Of a stretch of 64,000 nt of DNA, positions 26,000-38,887 are shown piece by piece (positions within the stretch are counted from its first letter, which is position 1; every line of letters starts with the position of its first letter). Made by a program: the position numbers and the translations under genes. Under the pieces are notes generated by a model that did no database searches, had not been told where the DNA came from, and was given only the letters and a program-made list of their open reading frames with translations. The DNA is from Mustelus asterias (taxonomy: Eukaryota), in contig NC_135822.1 in the NCBI RefSeq assembly GCF_964213995.1, forward strand, positions 14,322,001 through 14,386,000, in the 5' to 3' direction.

Positions 26000-26990
26000 T
26001 TGCCACTGACAGACCTTTTTTGATGTCCCGGGAAGTGGGTGGGTATCCGATTAGGAACACCAATGAAATTCCAGATGCATAATGGAAGGAAATTGTGAAT
26101 GAGGGGACAAATGTGAAAATTTCAATATATCACTGCAGCTGAGAGCCCATTCAGCAATGATTGGTGTAAGTGAAATCTGCAGTGATAGACATGATATATA
26201 AGATACATGCTGATCAACTGGATTGCAAATGGCATGGACAGTACATACAAATAATTATTTACAAATGGCTGAGAGGTATAGCCCATACCATTTGGTGTAT
26301 GGAAGGAATCCAAAGTTGCCTTCAGTGCTATCATTTGCTACCCCTCCTGTGAAGGAATTACCGTGAGCTCATTTTTCTGCTCATGTAAATGCCTTGCATG
26401 CAAGCAGGAACTTACATCAAGGTGAAGGTTTTCGACAGAATTAGGAGAGCATTGCAGCACTGCATTAGACTGCCTGAGGCAGAATTTAGTTCAGCTGATC
26501 TGATTTATTATAAGAGAGGGGTACAGGTAATGGAAAGGCCCAGGGAAAGTTATAGTACGTGAAGGGAAAACTGATTATTAAAAATGGGAATCAAGCAACA
26601 AAAGCCCATTTTTCATGTGTTATCAGAATGAATTATGAATTTACAAATATAGACATGATAGAAGCACCATGTGCATTGCAAGCTCATTTTATGGGGCAGA
26701 ACCAGAGGAGCAAGAAAAAAATGGAAGAGGAGTTGGAGGTTGGTAGAAAATCAGATTGTGATAAACAGGAAGGGGCTATTTTGTCTAGAAGGCAGCAGCT
26801 CGAAGTGAGTTCTTGGATATTGCATCGTCCAGAAAGACCAGATACATGAGGGATGAAACGATCGTGGGATGGTCAGGAAAGTCTACTGGAAAATATAAGA
26901 ATTGACTGAATGTCCAGGATGGTGGACAAGCAGTGAAGGCCATGGACTGGGAAAATGGAGTAAGAGTGGAAAATAAGGAAGAGTAGCCCA
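26000..26990 (+). mobile_element. Decayed LTR-retrotransposon integrase, probably Ty1/copia (GalEa-like)
   Basis: CENFNI, TAAESPFSN (26132), YSPYHLVYGRNPKLP, RIRRALQH, DLIYYKR, WKGPGKVI (26531), GKSTGKYKN. Confidence 0.65.
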
Positions 26991-27044
26991 TGTTGCAGTA
27001 ATGGGTTAGATGATGAATCGTAGGTGAAGAAACATTTACATATG

Positions 27045-27125
27045 TTCCTGACTCAAAATGTTGGCTCTATTCTCTCTCCACGGATGCTGTCAGACATGCT
27101 GAGTTTTTCCAGCATTCTGTTTTAG
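27045..27125 (+). mobile_element. Family A Penelope pseudo-LTR fragment
   Basis: GACTCAAAATGTTGGCTC...CCACGGATGCTGTCAGACATGCTGAGTTTTTCCAGCATT. Confidence 0.7.
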
Positions 27126-27129
27126 CTCA

Positions 27130-29294
27130 ACAGACAAGTCTAATGTAGGGATTCAGCAACCACTATTCCTCACAACAACAGCTGCATCTCGCACTACTGG
27201 TTGCTGGTCACATGCTGCTTTACATTCTCGTTCCTTGATGCCATGCATCATTTGCATATTCTTAGTGAGATACCACATCCCCTTTCTTACCAGGATAATA
27301 CTGCATACAGTGAGAGTACATGGGGTGGTTGTGAAAGCTATTTATACGAAAGATCAATGTTCAGCGGTCAAGAATATAGTGTGTAGGCAGCTTACTAATT
27401 CTCCTAGATAATGTGACGGGATAACCTTCCTCCGATTTAGATTTACCACTTTGCTGTCCTCAACTTTTAGATGCATTGAGTTCTGTGTATTATCAGAGTG
27501 CTGATTGTTCTCATGGTGGTTTCCAAATCTTACCTTTGACTTAATCTTGGGATGCGTTCTGGATGCAATTGGAATGCTGATTATTACACAGCTGGATATT
27601 CGATTAGCTAGCTTCTTGTTCCCCTTGGCATTGTGCATTCAGTATTGTGACCTCATAGGATCTAGGCTCACTGCACACTTCAGATAATTGTGTGGGTAAC
27701 CAGGTTCCCCGAGTGGGTTGTTTGACGCAAACCTTTTTGTCCTATGCGCATATTAGGCAGTTCTGCACTTGCATGTCGGTCATGGGTTGTCTCCATTCTC
27801 TCTTGTTTTTTTGAGAAGTTTCTCCTGTGTTCCTGAGAATTTGGACAGGTGATAGATTTTGGAACATAGTCCCAACCTTGTCTCCCATGCATGATTTCCA
27901 CTGGTGATGGAAGCCTGTGAGTAAAGATGCTGCCCTCGTGTAACATAGCAATACAAGAGATCTGGTTTCATTCCACTGCCCTTCACAACTGATGCCTTAA
28001 CAGTGCAGACTATTCGCTCAGCAAGACTGTTGAATCTGGTTATCTGTGGCTTATGCCTCATTTAACAAAAGAACAAAGAACAATACAGTACAGGAACAGG
28101 CCCTTCGGCCCTCCAAGCCTGTGCCGCTCATGTGCCCAACTAGACCATTCGTTTGTATCCCACTATTCCCAGTCTGTTCATGTGGCTATCTAGATAAGTC
28201 TTAAACGATCCCAGCATGTCCGCCTCAATCACCCTGCTTGGCAGTGCATTCCAGGCCCCCACCACCCTCTGTGTAAAATACATCCCCCTGACATCTGTGT
28301 TGAACCTTGCCCCCCTCAAATTGAACCTGTGACCCCTTGTGTTCGTCACCTCTGACCTGGGAAAAAGCTTCCCACTGTTCACCCAATCTATGCCCTTCAT
28401 AATTTTACACACCTCTATTAGGTCGCCCCTCATCCTCCGTCGTTCCAGGGAGAACAACCCCAGTTTACCCAATCTCTCCTCATAGCTAAGACCCTCCATA
28501 CCAGGCAACATCCTGGTAAACCTTTTCTGTACTCTCTCCAAAGCCTCCACGTCCTTCTGGTAGTATGGCGACTTCATATGCCAACTTTTATATTCTATGC
28601 CCCGTCCAATAAAGGCAAGCATGCCATATGCCTTCTTGACCACCCTCTCCACCTGTGCAGCCACCTTTAAGGATCTGTGGACTTGTACTCCCAGGTCCCT
28701 CTCTGTCTATACTCCTGATGGTTCTGCCATTTATTGTATAGCTCCCCCTTACATTAGATCTACCAAAATGCATCACTTCGCATTTATCTGGATTAAATTC
28801 CATCTGCCATTTCTCCACCCAATGTTCCAGCCTATCTATATCCTGCTGTATTCTGACAATGTTCATCACTATCCGCAACTCCAGCAATCTTTGTGTCGTC
28901 CGCAAACTTACTGATCACACCAGCTACATCTTCCTATAACATGCATGATCCGAACAGGTCTCCCAGTATATTGTGGCCTGTTGTCCAATTACAATATTCA
29001 TCTGAAGAGATTGTCAGCCACAGACAACACACTGCAGGTATCCTTCAATCATCCGATGATTAGTAGCTTGGAAAACTATTCCATGACTAGGAGAAAGTCA
29101 TCACCATGGATAGTGAATAAATCTGTTGCAATTTTGGACCAAGGGTGCAATGTAACCTTGAGCAGATTGTGGTTCTTTGTTGGTGACACTGACATGCTAC
29201 GTATGTTCTCACCATCTTTGGGTTATCTTTGTTAATCTCTGGCCTATATACAGCTTTCTTTGTCAGGTGGCTAAGATCAAGTGTGGTCTGCTGA
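27130..29294 (-). mobile_element. Gypsy integrase, polypurine tract and start of 3' LTR, interrupted by CR1
   Basis: Minus-strand VYRPEINKD, PWSKIATDLF, NSLAERIVCTVK, SPVEIMHGR, RRKVIPSHY; purine tract AAGAAAGGGGA followed by TGTGGTA at 27277. Confidence 0.75.
28065..28937 (-). mobile_element. CR1 LINE 3' fragment
   Basis: KFADDTK, WQMEFNPDKCEVMHFG, RVQKRFTRMLPG, TRGHRFNL; TTCTTTG tail. Confidence 0.93.
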
Positions 29295-29768
29295 TTTTTT
29301 TTTTATAATTTCAAAAATATACTTTATTCACAAAAAAAAACTCTCCAATAAAACATTGCAAAATTACAGATCCAAAAGTCATAAACAGTGCAAAAAAGAA
29401 TCATTTTTACAGTACAATACAGTGCTTATTTACAAAACATTACATTTCGTTACATTTCATTTCTTAAAAACTATATACATACGTCAGAGTTTACTGTGTG
29501 CCGTTATTTTTCAGGTTGGCACACAGTTACGCAGGCCGAGGGTATTCTGCAGTTACCCAGCCCTCGGTCTGCCTCAGTTGAGACGCTTTACACGGTGGCC
29601 TTTCCCCATTGTGCCTTGGCGGCTGGAGGGTCATCAACTTGGTGAAGGACGCGCTTTGGTCCGCCTGAAACTTGCTGATCTTCCAGCTGAAAGAATTGTC
29701 CTCGACCGAGTGTTGCAGACTGGCACATTCCAAGGTCCAGGACTACGTGCTCAGGGACGCGCTCAAGC
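29295..29768 (-). mobile_element. Tx1/L1-clade non-LTR element 3' end with 5' inversion
   Basis: Poly(A) on minus strand at 29295-29304; ORF end AAKAQWGKATV* on minus; upstream WRVINLVKDALWSA...CCRLAHSKVQDYVLRDALK on plus (29622-29768). Confidence 0.78.
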
Positions 29769-31496
29769 GTCAATAAAGTTCAAAAAAGTGCTGTTTTTGG
29801 ATGTGTTTGGTTTCAAATTTATGGATAAAGGATACTTGACCTGTAGTGCAAACAAATATGAAGTATATACTGGCAAAGAGTGAAAACCCAACTGGCCTTA
29901 TTATAACCCAGGAGCCCTAAGCTCTGAAATCCCGCAGGCCTAGTAGATTGAAATCTCTGATCCAAGTAGAGTCAAGCTCCATCAGCTCAAACCCAGCAGG
30001 CTAAAACGTCATTGGCTTAATAGATGAAACTCTACATTCCCATTAGACTAAAACCACGGAGTCAGTGAACTTAGGCTTCGGAGGTTCAACAGACAAGCTT
30101 GCAGGCCTAGTAGATTGATCAATGAAGTAGTCTAATGTACATGTTTATCATAAGGGAACATTGAGTAGTTAATTAAATGAGAACCTTGAGGCATTGTTGT
30201 TGGTTTTGAAATAGACAGATGTATTTGTTGGGCTGTAAACACTAAATAATCTTCCCAAATCACCTTTTATTTTTGTGCACTTGTGCAGACACTATGTATA
30301 GGCGATTATTCGACTAGAGAATCTGACAGCAAAGTCTGTTCCTGTTCTCGCCCAACATCCATGTAGACACACTTTCCATTGCAGATTATTGGATCGATTT
30401 TTATTTGGGTTCACTGTATTACAACACTAACTACACTTAAGTACTTCATTGGTTGTAAATTAGGCATGTCCTGATATCATGAAAGATACTACATTAATAT
30501 AAATCTTTATTTCCTTTGTATAGTGAACCTGTTGGTCTAGGGAGCCTAACGCCAATTGTGGCATCCCACCTGAACTCCTTTCCAAGGATTTTTCACTCAT
30601 GCCTGTATTACAGAGGTCTGTGGGTGATCATTTTTGGTTATGAAATTTTAGGAGGAACACTCGCAAGATTACATTTAGGGAACACAAGCTGAAATTTGGA
30701 AGTGATTTGAGTCTGTCGTTGACTCCAGATACCAATTAAATTCGTAAAAGGGAAGAGCAACATTCAGTAATACTGACAGGCCATTGGCACTATGGATAGT
30801 GATAGCTGCAAAAGTATTAGAACCAGTGTCACTTACTGCTTTTCATTTTCACTTCTTCATATCCATATTGTCCCCTGACTGCGCACAGAACCTGGTAATT
30901 AGAGCTTTCACCTATCACTTTCAGACTGAGGCAAGCCTCAACAAGCATCCTCTCTTTCTCTAAAATTCCAGGTTATTGATAGTTCTCAACTAATTATACT
31001 TAAATTGAGAAGAGGAAATGCCAGACTACTTGTGAAAGTTTTCACCAATTTGTGCAGCATGCAAATTAAAACTGAATTATAAGTAAACAACATCCGATGA
31101 AGACTTTTATGCGTACAAAGAAGGTTCTGATCTTTACAGGAATGATGTTTTTCCTAATTACAATTGTACTTGGGCCCATACTTTAATACTTTTATTTACT
31201 AGTGTGTGAGATCTATATTTGAAACATAATGGAGATGCAAAGATTCACTGCATTGCTGCTCTGTTCTTCTGGTTCCATTGATCTGAATTTTGTAGATCAA
31301 TTCTTATTTTGAACATGTACAGCAACAGTTCAGCCATGAACCTGGGCTATTTCTAAGCTCAAGAAAAACTGGCCTTGGACGTGTTTTGCATGTTGGACCT
31401 CAACCTCTAATATAATCAACAGTAGCGTCTTTGAGAGATGCTCCACAAATGCTCACTACTTGCATGTCTAAGTTCTGCTGTATTTGCTACTGATGT

Positions 31497-31645
31497 CATA
31501 GAATCCTTCCAGTGCAGAAAGAGGCCATTCAGCCCATCAAGCCTATACTGACAACAATCCCACCTAGGCCCTATTCCCTTAACCCCCATCTATTTACCCC
31601 GCTAATCCCCCTGACACTAATGGTTAATTTAGGATGACCAAACAA
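31497..31645 (-). mobile_element. HE1 SINE 3' fragment (duplicate at 42792-42940)
   Basis: CATAGAATCC..CAGTGCAGAAAGAGGCCATTCAGCCCATC, as at 6040-6200. Confidence 0.8.
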
Positions 31646-31695
31646 TCTAGCTTATGTGTTGCTTCACTTTAGTTTGCACAGTTTTGCCCGTTTGA

Positions 31696-31862
31696 GGCAG
31701 CACGGTGGCACAGTGGTTTGCACTGCTGCGTCACAGCACCAGAGATCCAGGTTCGATTCCAGGTTTGGGTCACTGTCTGTGCAGAGTCTGCATGTTCTCC
31801 CGGTGTCTGCGTGGGTTTCCTCCGAATGCTCTGGTTTCCTCCCTCAAAAGGCGTGCTGGTTA
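31696..31862 (+). mobile_element. HE1/V-SINE 5' part (duplicate at 42991-43157)
   Basis: GGCAGCACGGTGGCACAGTGG, B box GGTTCGATTCC, V-domain. Confidence 0.88.
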
Positions 31863-32444
31863 GTGTTGGGTGAATTTACAAGACTGGGATGAATACGTTT
31901 TTGATATTTCCCACTCACCGCATTCCCAGACAACTGAATAACAACTGCTGTCCAGGCTCTCACATTGAAGAATGACCATGGTAGTGGTGGATCAGAGAGT
32001 GTAGGGCAAAATACTTGAGGTTGTTGAAGTTTCCTGTGGATATTGGAATATTAGCTGCAATGGAGTGCTACCTCTTCAGTTTTCAATGTTGTAAGTGGCT
32101 GAGCCAAATCCTGAGCAGTAATATCATTCTTGGTCCAGTAGAGGGCTCATCCCTTGTCGCACACAAAATAAATATTTCCTTAGTGATGTCAGTGGAGTTT
32201 TGACAGAAACAGATAGTGATTCAGTGACAGCACTGACACTGTTCCATGAGTTCCTCTGTTCGTCTGGGTTATTGTCATGTAAATGATAAATGTTCTACAT
32301 AAAATGCCTGCTCAACACCACCTCTGCCTGCTCACTATATGCCCAATGATTGCTAATTTCCTGTTGTGTAGTTTTCTGTTCGGTGTTTGCTTGATATCTG
32401 TTGAGTATTCACTGTCTTCTCGAGACATGTTCAATGCCTGCACA

Positions 32445-33550
32445 GCTGAGGTAAGGGTGACTACATTGAACATCAAGGCAGCATTTGACTGGCATCAAGG
32501 AGCTCTAGAAAAATTAAAGTCAGTGGGAATCAGGGAATGTTCTCCCTATTTGAAGTCGTAGCTAACACAAAGGAAGATGGCTGTGGTTGTTGGAGGTCAA
32601 TCATCTCATTCTCGGGGCATTACTGTAGGAATTCTTCCAGGTAGTGTCCTAAGCCCAGCTATCTCTTCAGTTGCTTTATCAATAACCTCCTTCCCCTTCA
32701 TTGTAAGGTCAGAAATCAAGATATTCTCTGGCATTTGGAACTCCTCAGATACTGAAGCAGTCTATGTCCATTTGCAGTAAGACACAGACAACATTCAGGC
32801 TTGGGCTGGATAGGCAAGTAACATTAGAGCCAGGCAATGTCCGAACAAGGGAGAACCTAACTGTCTCCTCTTGACATTCAATGGCATTGCCATCACTGAA
32901 TCACCCACTTTTAATCTCCCTGGGGTTACCATTGACCAGAAACTGAACTGGACCAGCCATATAAATACTACGGGTAGAAGATCATATCAGAGGCTGGGAA
33001 TTCTGCAGCAAGTAACTCACCTCCCTGGCTTCCCAAAGTCTGTCCACTATCTATAAGGAGTGTGGTGGAATATGCTCCATTTACCTGGATCTGTGCGCCT
33101 CCAATAATGCTTCAGAAGCTCCACATTAACAAGGACAAAGCAGCCTGCTTGATCAAAACCGCATTTTCCCCTACCTTGAACATCAGTTCCTTCACCACTG
33201 ACTCTAGTGGCATTTTGTACTCTATACAAGATGCACTGTAACAACTCACTGACAGCATCTTCCAAACCTGCAACCTTTACCACAGGGGCACAAGAAGAAC
33301 AAGGGCAGCAGATGCATGGAAACATCAGGACTTGCAAGTTCCCCTCCAAGCCACACACCATCCTGACTTGGAACTATATCACCGCTCCTTCACCATACCT
33401 GGATCAATATCCTAGACCTCCCACATGAACAGCACTGAGGGTTTACCAGTGGTTCACGAAGGCATCTCATGACAACCTTCTCGAGCACAATTGGGGGTGA
33501 GCAATGAATATTGACCTAGCCAGCAATGTCCATACGCCTTGAAAGAATTT
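32445..33550 (+). mobile_element. CR1/L2-group LINE RT 3' part (duplicate at 43740-44845)
   Basis: EVRVTTLNIKAAFD.WHQG, GILPGSVLSP, GVTIDQKLNWTSHI; same family as 62930-64000. Confidence 0.85.
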
Positions 33551-34939
33551 AACAAAAACTCATTTTCTGCTTAGCACTTGCTCGCTCTCTTGTCAATGCC
33601 TGCACATGGTCTGCTTGGTGCTTGGCGTCCAGTCGCTCTCTGCTCGGCATCTGGTAATAGAGTAATTATGAAACAGTAGGAGGCATGAACTTAATGCCCA
33701 CTCTCTTTAGAGCAATTCAATCATGGATGGCCACAATAAACTACCTTAAGACTGTTCAAACTGATTTCACTTGGGTTCATTTAGCAGAGAGAGGCTGTCC
33801 AATTCCGAACTGGATTCGATCCAGTACAGACCCCCCCCCCCCCAAAAAAAAACTCCCTTTATGGATGTCAAGTCTCTTGATCAGGTGTTGAATGTCTTTT
33901 ATTTTGAGGGGACCCCAACTCCTCTGCCCAGAGGTGACAAGATGGTGGTATGGTTTTAGCTGCCGTGCGCACCACATGACATGCCCATTTGCAGCTGGGT
34001 TAATACCAGTCATGGCAAGATGAGGTCCTTAAGTAGTCATTAATTGACCAGTTAAGGGGCTCAATATGTGGCGGGGCAGGAAGGTTGACAGTGGGCCTTC
34101 CTGCCCAGAGCTTAATTCTGGAGAAGATGGGAAGAGGCATTCGAGTATGCCACCATTCCACCTAATTTAATACCTTTCCAGCAACCACCAATGAGAACAG
34201 AATATTCTGCCTATTAAGAAGGTATCTCCTTATCTATTGTTTATAAGAGCCCTGTTTTTAAAAAGATGGCCAATTTTAATCCAGTTTCTCGAGTGTATGT
34301 CCCTGGCACAAAATGAGCCCTAGTTTGGCAACTTCACTCTGGAATTCCATCAGAATGGAAATGTGAGAGAAATGGAAAATGTCAAACACTTGTGGAAAGG
34401 AGACAGGCACATTAAAGCAGAGTAGGAGGTTTTCTCCAGGTGTAACCATGCTATGGGAGTGTTTGATATTGTCACTGGGCGCTGAGAGTGGAAGATGTTC
34501 CATTTCCACTGCTTTAACAGTTCACGGAGGAGCAGAATGTAAGAAGACAGAAATAAGCAGAAATGTGTTAAATTAAGCTTTTGATTGCTAGACCATCCTT
34601 GGCTGGAAAAACCCAAAAATATTAGGCTGCGTTCCCTATTCAAGTCAATGTGAGTACTGGCAGTTTTAGCATATACCTGGTAGTCCTATACTTGTTTTTC
34701 TTGAACGAGTCCTGGATGTACCAGGTAGCTACAGAAATCAAGAGAACCAGTTACTGATTAACCTAATGTGTTAGTTGATTAACAATCAAATGGTTAACTA
34801 CCTGATTAATTTGCTGACATTAGATGCTTTGTGTTGTGCACTGTAATCATATTCTGTCTAAAATATTCCCCAGGTAAGGTTGGCAGTCAACATTGCTATT
34901 GGTCACCTCCCAGTTTATTTATCCTGTTGGGTGAACATC

Positions 34940-35230
34940 TGTGCTTGGTTAGCTAGTCTTATCCAGAAAATGGTAGGGGAGTTAGTGTCTTCACTCTGTC
35001 TAGGCTGGGGGCGTATCAGCCAGGGTTCCCACTTTTTATCACCATCCATTGTTCCGTGATAGAAAATGCCCGTGTGTGTGTTGGGTTAGGCGATTATTCC
35101 TGAAATGATGGTTACTTGGGCCAGGTAAAAGATTAGAACGTAATTTCTGAAATTATATTTGCCTGGGTCAGGTGAAAGAGGGCCCCTATCACTTGTGGAA
35201 CTGTAGATCAGCAAGAGTCAGCATTTCACA
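34940..35230 (+). mobile_element. LF-SINE-like remnant (duplicate at 46235-46525)
   Basis: ATCAGCCAGGGTTCC...ATCACCATCCA...GTGGAACTGTAGATCAGCAAGAGTCAGCA. Confidence 0.5.
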
Positions 35231-36239
35231 GATTAGGAGGAAGTTGAGGAAGGGAAAAGAAAAATTGGTCGCATGGCATATCCCAGATCAATAGACTGAT
35301 TTCCAGAGAGGTTCCTTTTTGAATGATTGGCATAACATGTGCCTGCATTAGGAGTTAAAATCAATGAGCAGCCTCTCAGCAGCTTATCAAAGCTGAGAAT
35401 TAACAAATCTTCCACTGCAAAATAGTCTTTTTTTAAGTGTCATCTTGCAGGGGGTGACACCTTGCAGAGACTTGACAATTGAAGTTTAGCTCAGGGCCAA
35501 GGGACTGCACTGTAGTGCAACTCATGGGATTACATGCAAAGGTCATGTTAATTTAAATAAGATAATTACTCTAACAAACACTTTATGGGGGCTTCATTAG
35601 TGTCATTTTTAATTTTTTATCTAACACAATGCAAGTGACCCAGGCTGCTGATAAATATGAAAGGCATCTAGGCTGTTTGAATCCATATCACATTCCACAA
35701 TAACAAGCTGCTAACCCATCATTCAACATCCTCAGGTATTGTGCTGCTTCATTGTCTATTAGTTCAGAGTACGATGACACCATGAGTGCTATTATTAGAG
35801 GTTAATCTGAGATGGTCAGTCCAATAAGCAGTTCAGGACAACGTGGAACTTTGCACAAGGAATGGTTGATTGGCATATATGTATTTAAGAGGGAGGCGAG
35901 GGCAAAAATATAGAAGGATATGTTAATGGGGTGAGAGGTGGCTGTGTGGAGTATAAACGTTGACCTGTTGGACCAAATGGCCTGTTTCTGTGCTGTGTAA
36001 TCTTACGTAGTTTGAGAGCATGGAGAAATGTGGAGCAGCATCCTTGAGTTATGCTGAAGTCACTGCATCGTATTATAGCCCAAGAAATCAAAGCCTCAGA
36101 AATGCATTTGGAAATCTCTGCACACTGGTTCCTAAAAGATAATTATTTTCGTGAAACAAGTTAGTGGGACAGCAATCAGCAATGGGAACTTCTGAACCTT
36201 AAATCTCCTGCTGGCAAAATTGAGGATAAGTTGTAGAAA

Positions 36240-36620
36240 TTGTTTGTCTTCCCTTGAGTATGGAAGATTTACGACACTACGATCAAAGTGCTTGAAATAT
36301 TAAAATGATTTGACAGGCTAGATTTGAAGAAACTATTTCCTCTGGTGGAAGAATCAAGGAACAAAGGGTCATAATCTTAAAATTAGAGCCAGGCCCATCA
36401 AGAGCAAAATCAAGATGCAAGTTTTCACAGAAAAGGGGAGCAAAAATCTTGAATTCTCTCCCCTAAGTATACTATGGATGCTGCGGGAATTGAGTTTTGA
36501 AAATTGATGTAGATAGATTTTTGTTGGGTAAGGGTATCAAGGGATATGGGTCAAAGGGGTTGGGGTGCAGATCAGCCAATATCTAATTGAATAGCAGAGC
36601 AAGGCTGGCCTACTCCTGTT
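36240..36620 (+). mobile_element. Old CR1 3' fragment (duplicate at 47535-47915)
   Basis: KLFPLV...KGHNLKIRARP and a CR1 3' UTR. Confidence 0.75.
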
Positions 36621-38495
36621 AATATTATTTCAATGTATTTTTGGCATTTATCCACTTTGTCTCTTTCTGCTGGCCTGTAAGTGGAAACAACCTAAATTCC
36701 AGCTCTGGAGACAAAACACATGGAAGCCATGGGCAGAGATCCAGAAATACACAGAGCACAAGTCTGCTACCAACCAGAGGTGAAAAGGAGACAAGAAACC
36801 CAAGGACTACATTATAATTATCACTCCTCCAGTCCTGCACCCCTGAACCAGACTGTTTGCTATTTACTCTGGGCAGAGTAAAGTCTAATCTCGTCCCTTC
36901 CCCAATTACAGCCATGCCTTCTCTATTAATTCTCATTCTACTCTTTACCTCAACCTTGGATCCGCTGTCATTGATATGGAGAATGTTCTTGCAAGTTTCA
37001 CTTCTGGAACAACTGCTATATTGGATTCGGTGAATAATCCTACTGCATTGAATTAATTATCTGGCTATTGCACTTAATATTTGTTGTGCAAATTTTCCCT
37101 TCTTTCTCACATCTGTTCCTTCCATTTGTGATTCCTTAAGGCACTGGTTCATTTGTGTGGTGCAGTTTCATGAACAATGGGCCTGCAGGTATGAGTCGGA
37201 GAGAGTATTGCCAGGTCATTCAACCACAGACAACGTCACAGCTAAGATAAATCAATGGAACAAGCTCTCCATGGAGATAGTGGAAGCAGATAATATTGAG
37301 TCATTCAGATGCAAATTATATAGATTTCCTTGAGGAAAAGTATATCTTAGGATACTGTATCTGAGTGATTTGGGTGGATTTAGAATGCGTGGGAGGAAGA
37401 GAAGATTTAAGACTTTAGGTTTTCCTTGCCTATGTGTCAGTCTGTTGTAGAGCAATTAAGAGCGATTGATTGCAATGATTAGTCAATAACTATGTTATTG
37501 TTGTGACTACCAGGATAGTAAAAGATGAACGAGGTGGACTTTGATCTTTTTTCCCTGAGCCAGGCCCCGCTCTCTCCTAATGTCCGCACGTTTGTATTTC
37601 TAGTGTGTCTTAGTAGATAGCAATCATATGTAGAAATCTGTATAAATTTCTCCCCCTTGCATTACCCAAGGACACTGAGGCTGACTGTTACACACTGGCT
37701 GAGACCAGCTAACTTAGTGCAAGAAATCAAACTGGGACATTCTTGACCTGTATAACTTGAATACTCAATCCCTCAAACAACTGAGATTGGTGGGAAGCTG
37801 CGATGCAACTTTCAATTACTTTATTGAGTGGCCATGAGTGACATCATTGAGTTGCAGATGATATTGTTGCCCCACTGTCAGCCCAAGCCACGGGTTGGCA
37901 GACCTACCAAATATTTTAGCATTGACCCATTCCCTTTAAATCAGGCTTGTCTGCTACTGGCTGAACTGACTTGTGTGTGAATACTTTTTCTTTTCAAGTT
38001 TGCCGAGTCTCCACCCAAAGTCCAGCCTCTGTGCCCGGAAAAGCCTCTGCCACACTTCCACCTAATCTTCTCCCCGGCACCAGATGCCGTCACCATGGAG
38101 ACAGGGACGCTACATGCTGAGCTGCAGTAAATAATGTGGTTTCACAATAGCAGGCCACTCCTGCTCACCAGATCCCTGTGGAGTTAAAAAAAACACTTCA
38201 GGTACAGTAATAAGCAAGCGACGCTCTTTTTAAATGTTGAGGAGTTGCTGCTTTTTCATGAGCTGAGGAAAAAAGGGTAGCGAGAGCTTTCATGGAGAAA
38301 GTTTTTCGGTAATTTAGGAGCTGAGTTGATATGTTGTTGTACTTCACTCAAGGCTTTGTGTTCAGTGTATAGAACTGAAAGGAAGCTTAACCCTTTGTGA
38401 ACAAGCACTGTACATATCAGATGACTGAAGCAATGCTTATTTGCAATTCTTATTGTGCTTTCTGGATGACAAAGTTGTTTAGTGCGCTCCCTAAA

Positions 38496-38887
38496 GGGCG
38501 GCACGGTGGCACAATGGTTAGCACTGCTGCCTCACGGTGCCAGGGACTCGGGTTCAATTCCGGCCTTGGGTGACTGTCTGTGTGGAGTTTGTACGTTCTC
38601 CCTGTGTCTGCATGGGTTTTCTCCGGGTGCTCCGCTTTCCTCCCACAGTCAAAAGATGTGCAGATTAGGTGAATTGGCCATTTGGCCATGTCAAATTGCT
38701 CCTTAATGTCCAAAGATGTGTAGGTTGTGGATTAGAGAGATAAATATGTGGGGTTATTGAGGGGGGGGGGGGGGGGGCGGGGGGGCGCGTGGCGCGTGGG
38801 CCTGGGCAAGCTGCACTGTCAGTGAGTTGGTGCAGACTCAATGGGCCAAATGGCCTCCTTCTGCATTGTAGGGATTCTATGATTCTA
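38496..38887 (+). mobile_element. Full-length HE1/V-SINE (duplicate at 49791-50182)
   Basis: tRNA head with A/B boxes, V-domain, CR1-derived tail ending GATTCTATGATTCTA. Confidence 0.92.

Noticed and set aside
29281-29883. 200-aa ORF
   Set aside because: Chance frame through poly-T, antisense Tx1 3' UTR and an off-frame inverted segment
29900-30125. CRISPR-like repeat-spacer array
   Set aside because: Only two exact repeats 167 bp apart, eukaryotic context, no cas genes
38496-38570. tRNA gene
   Set aside because: It is the tRNA-derived head of an HE1 SINE and continues into the V-domain and CR1-derived tail; the same applies to 9070-9140 and 31696
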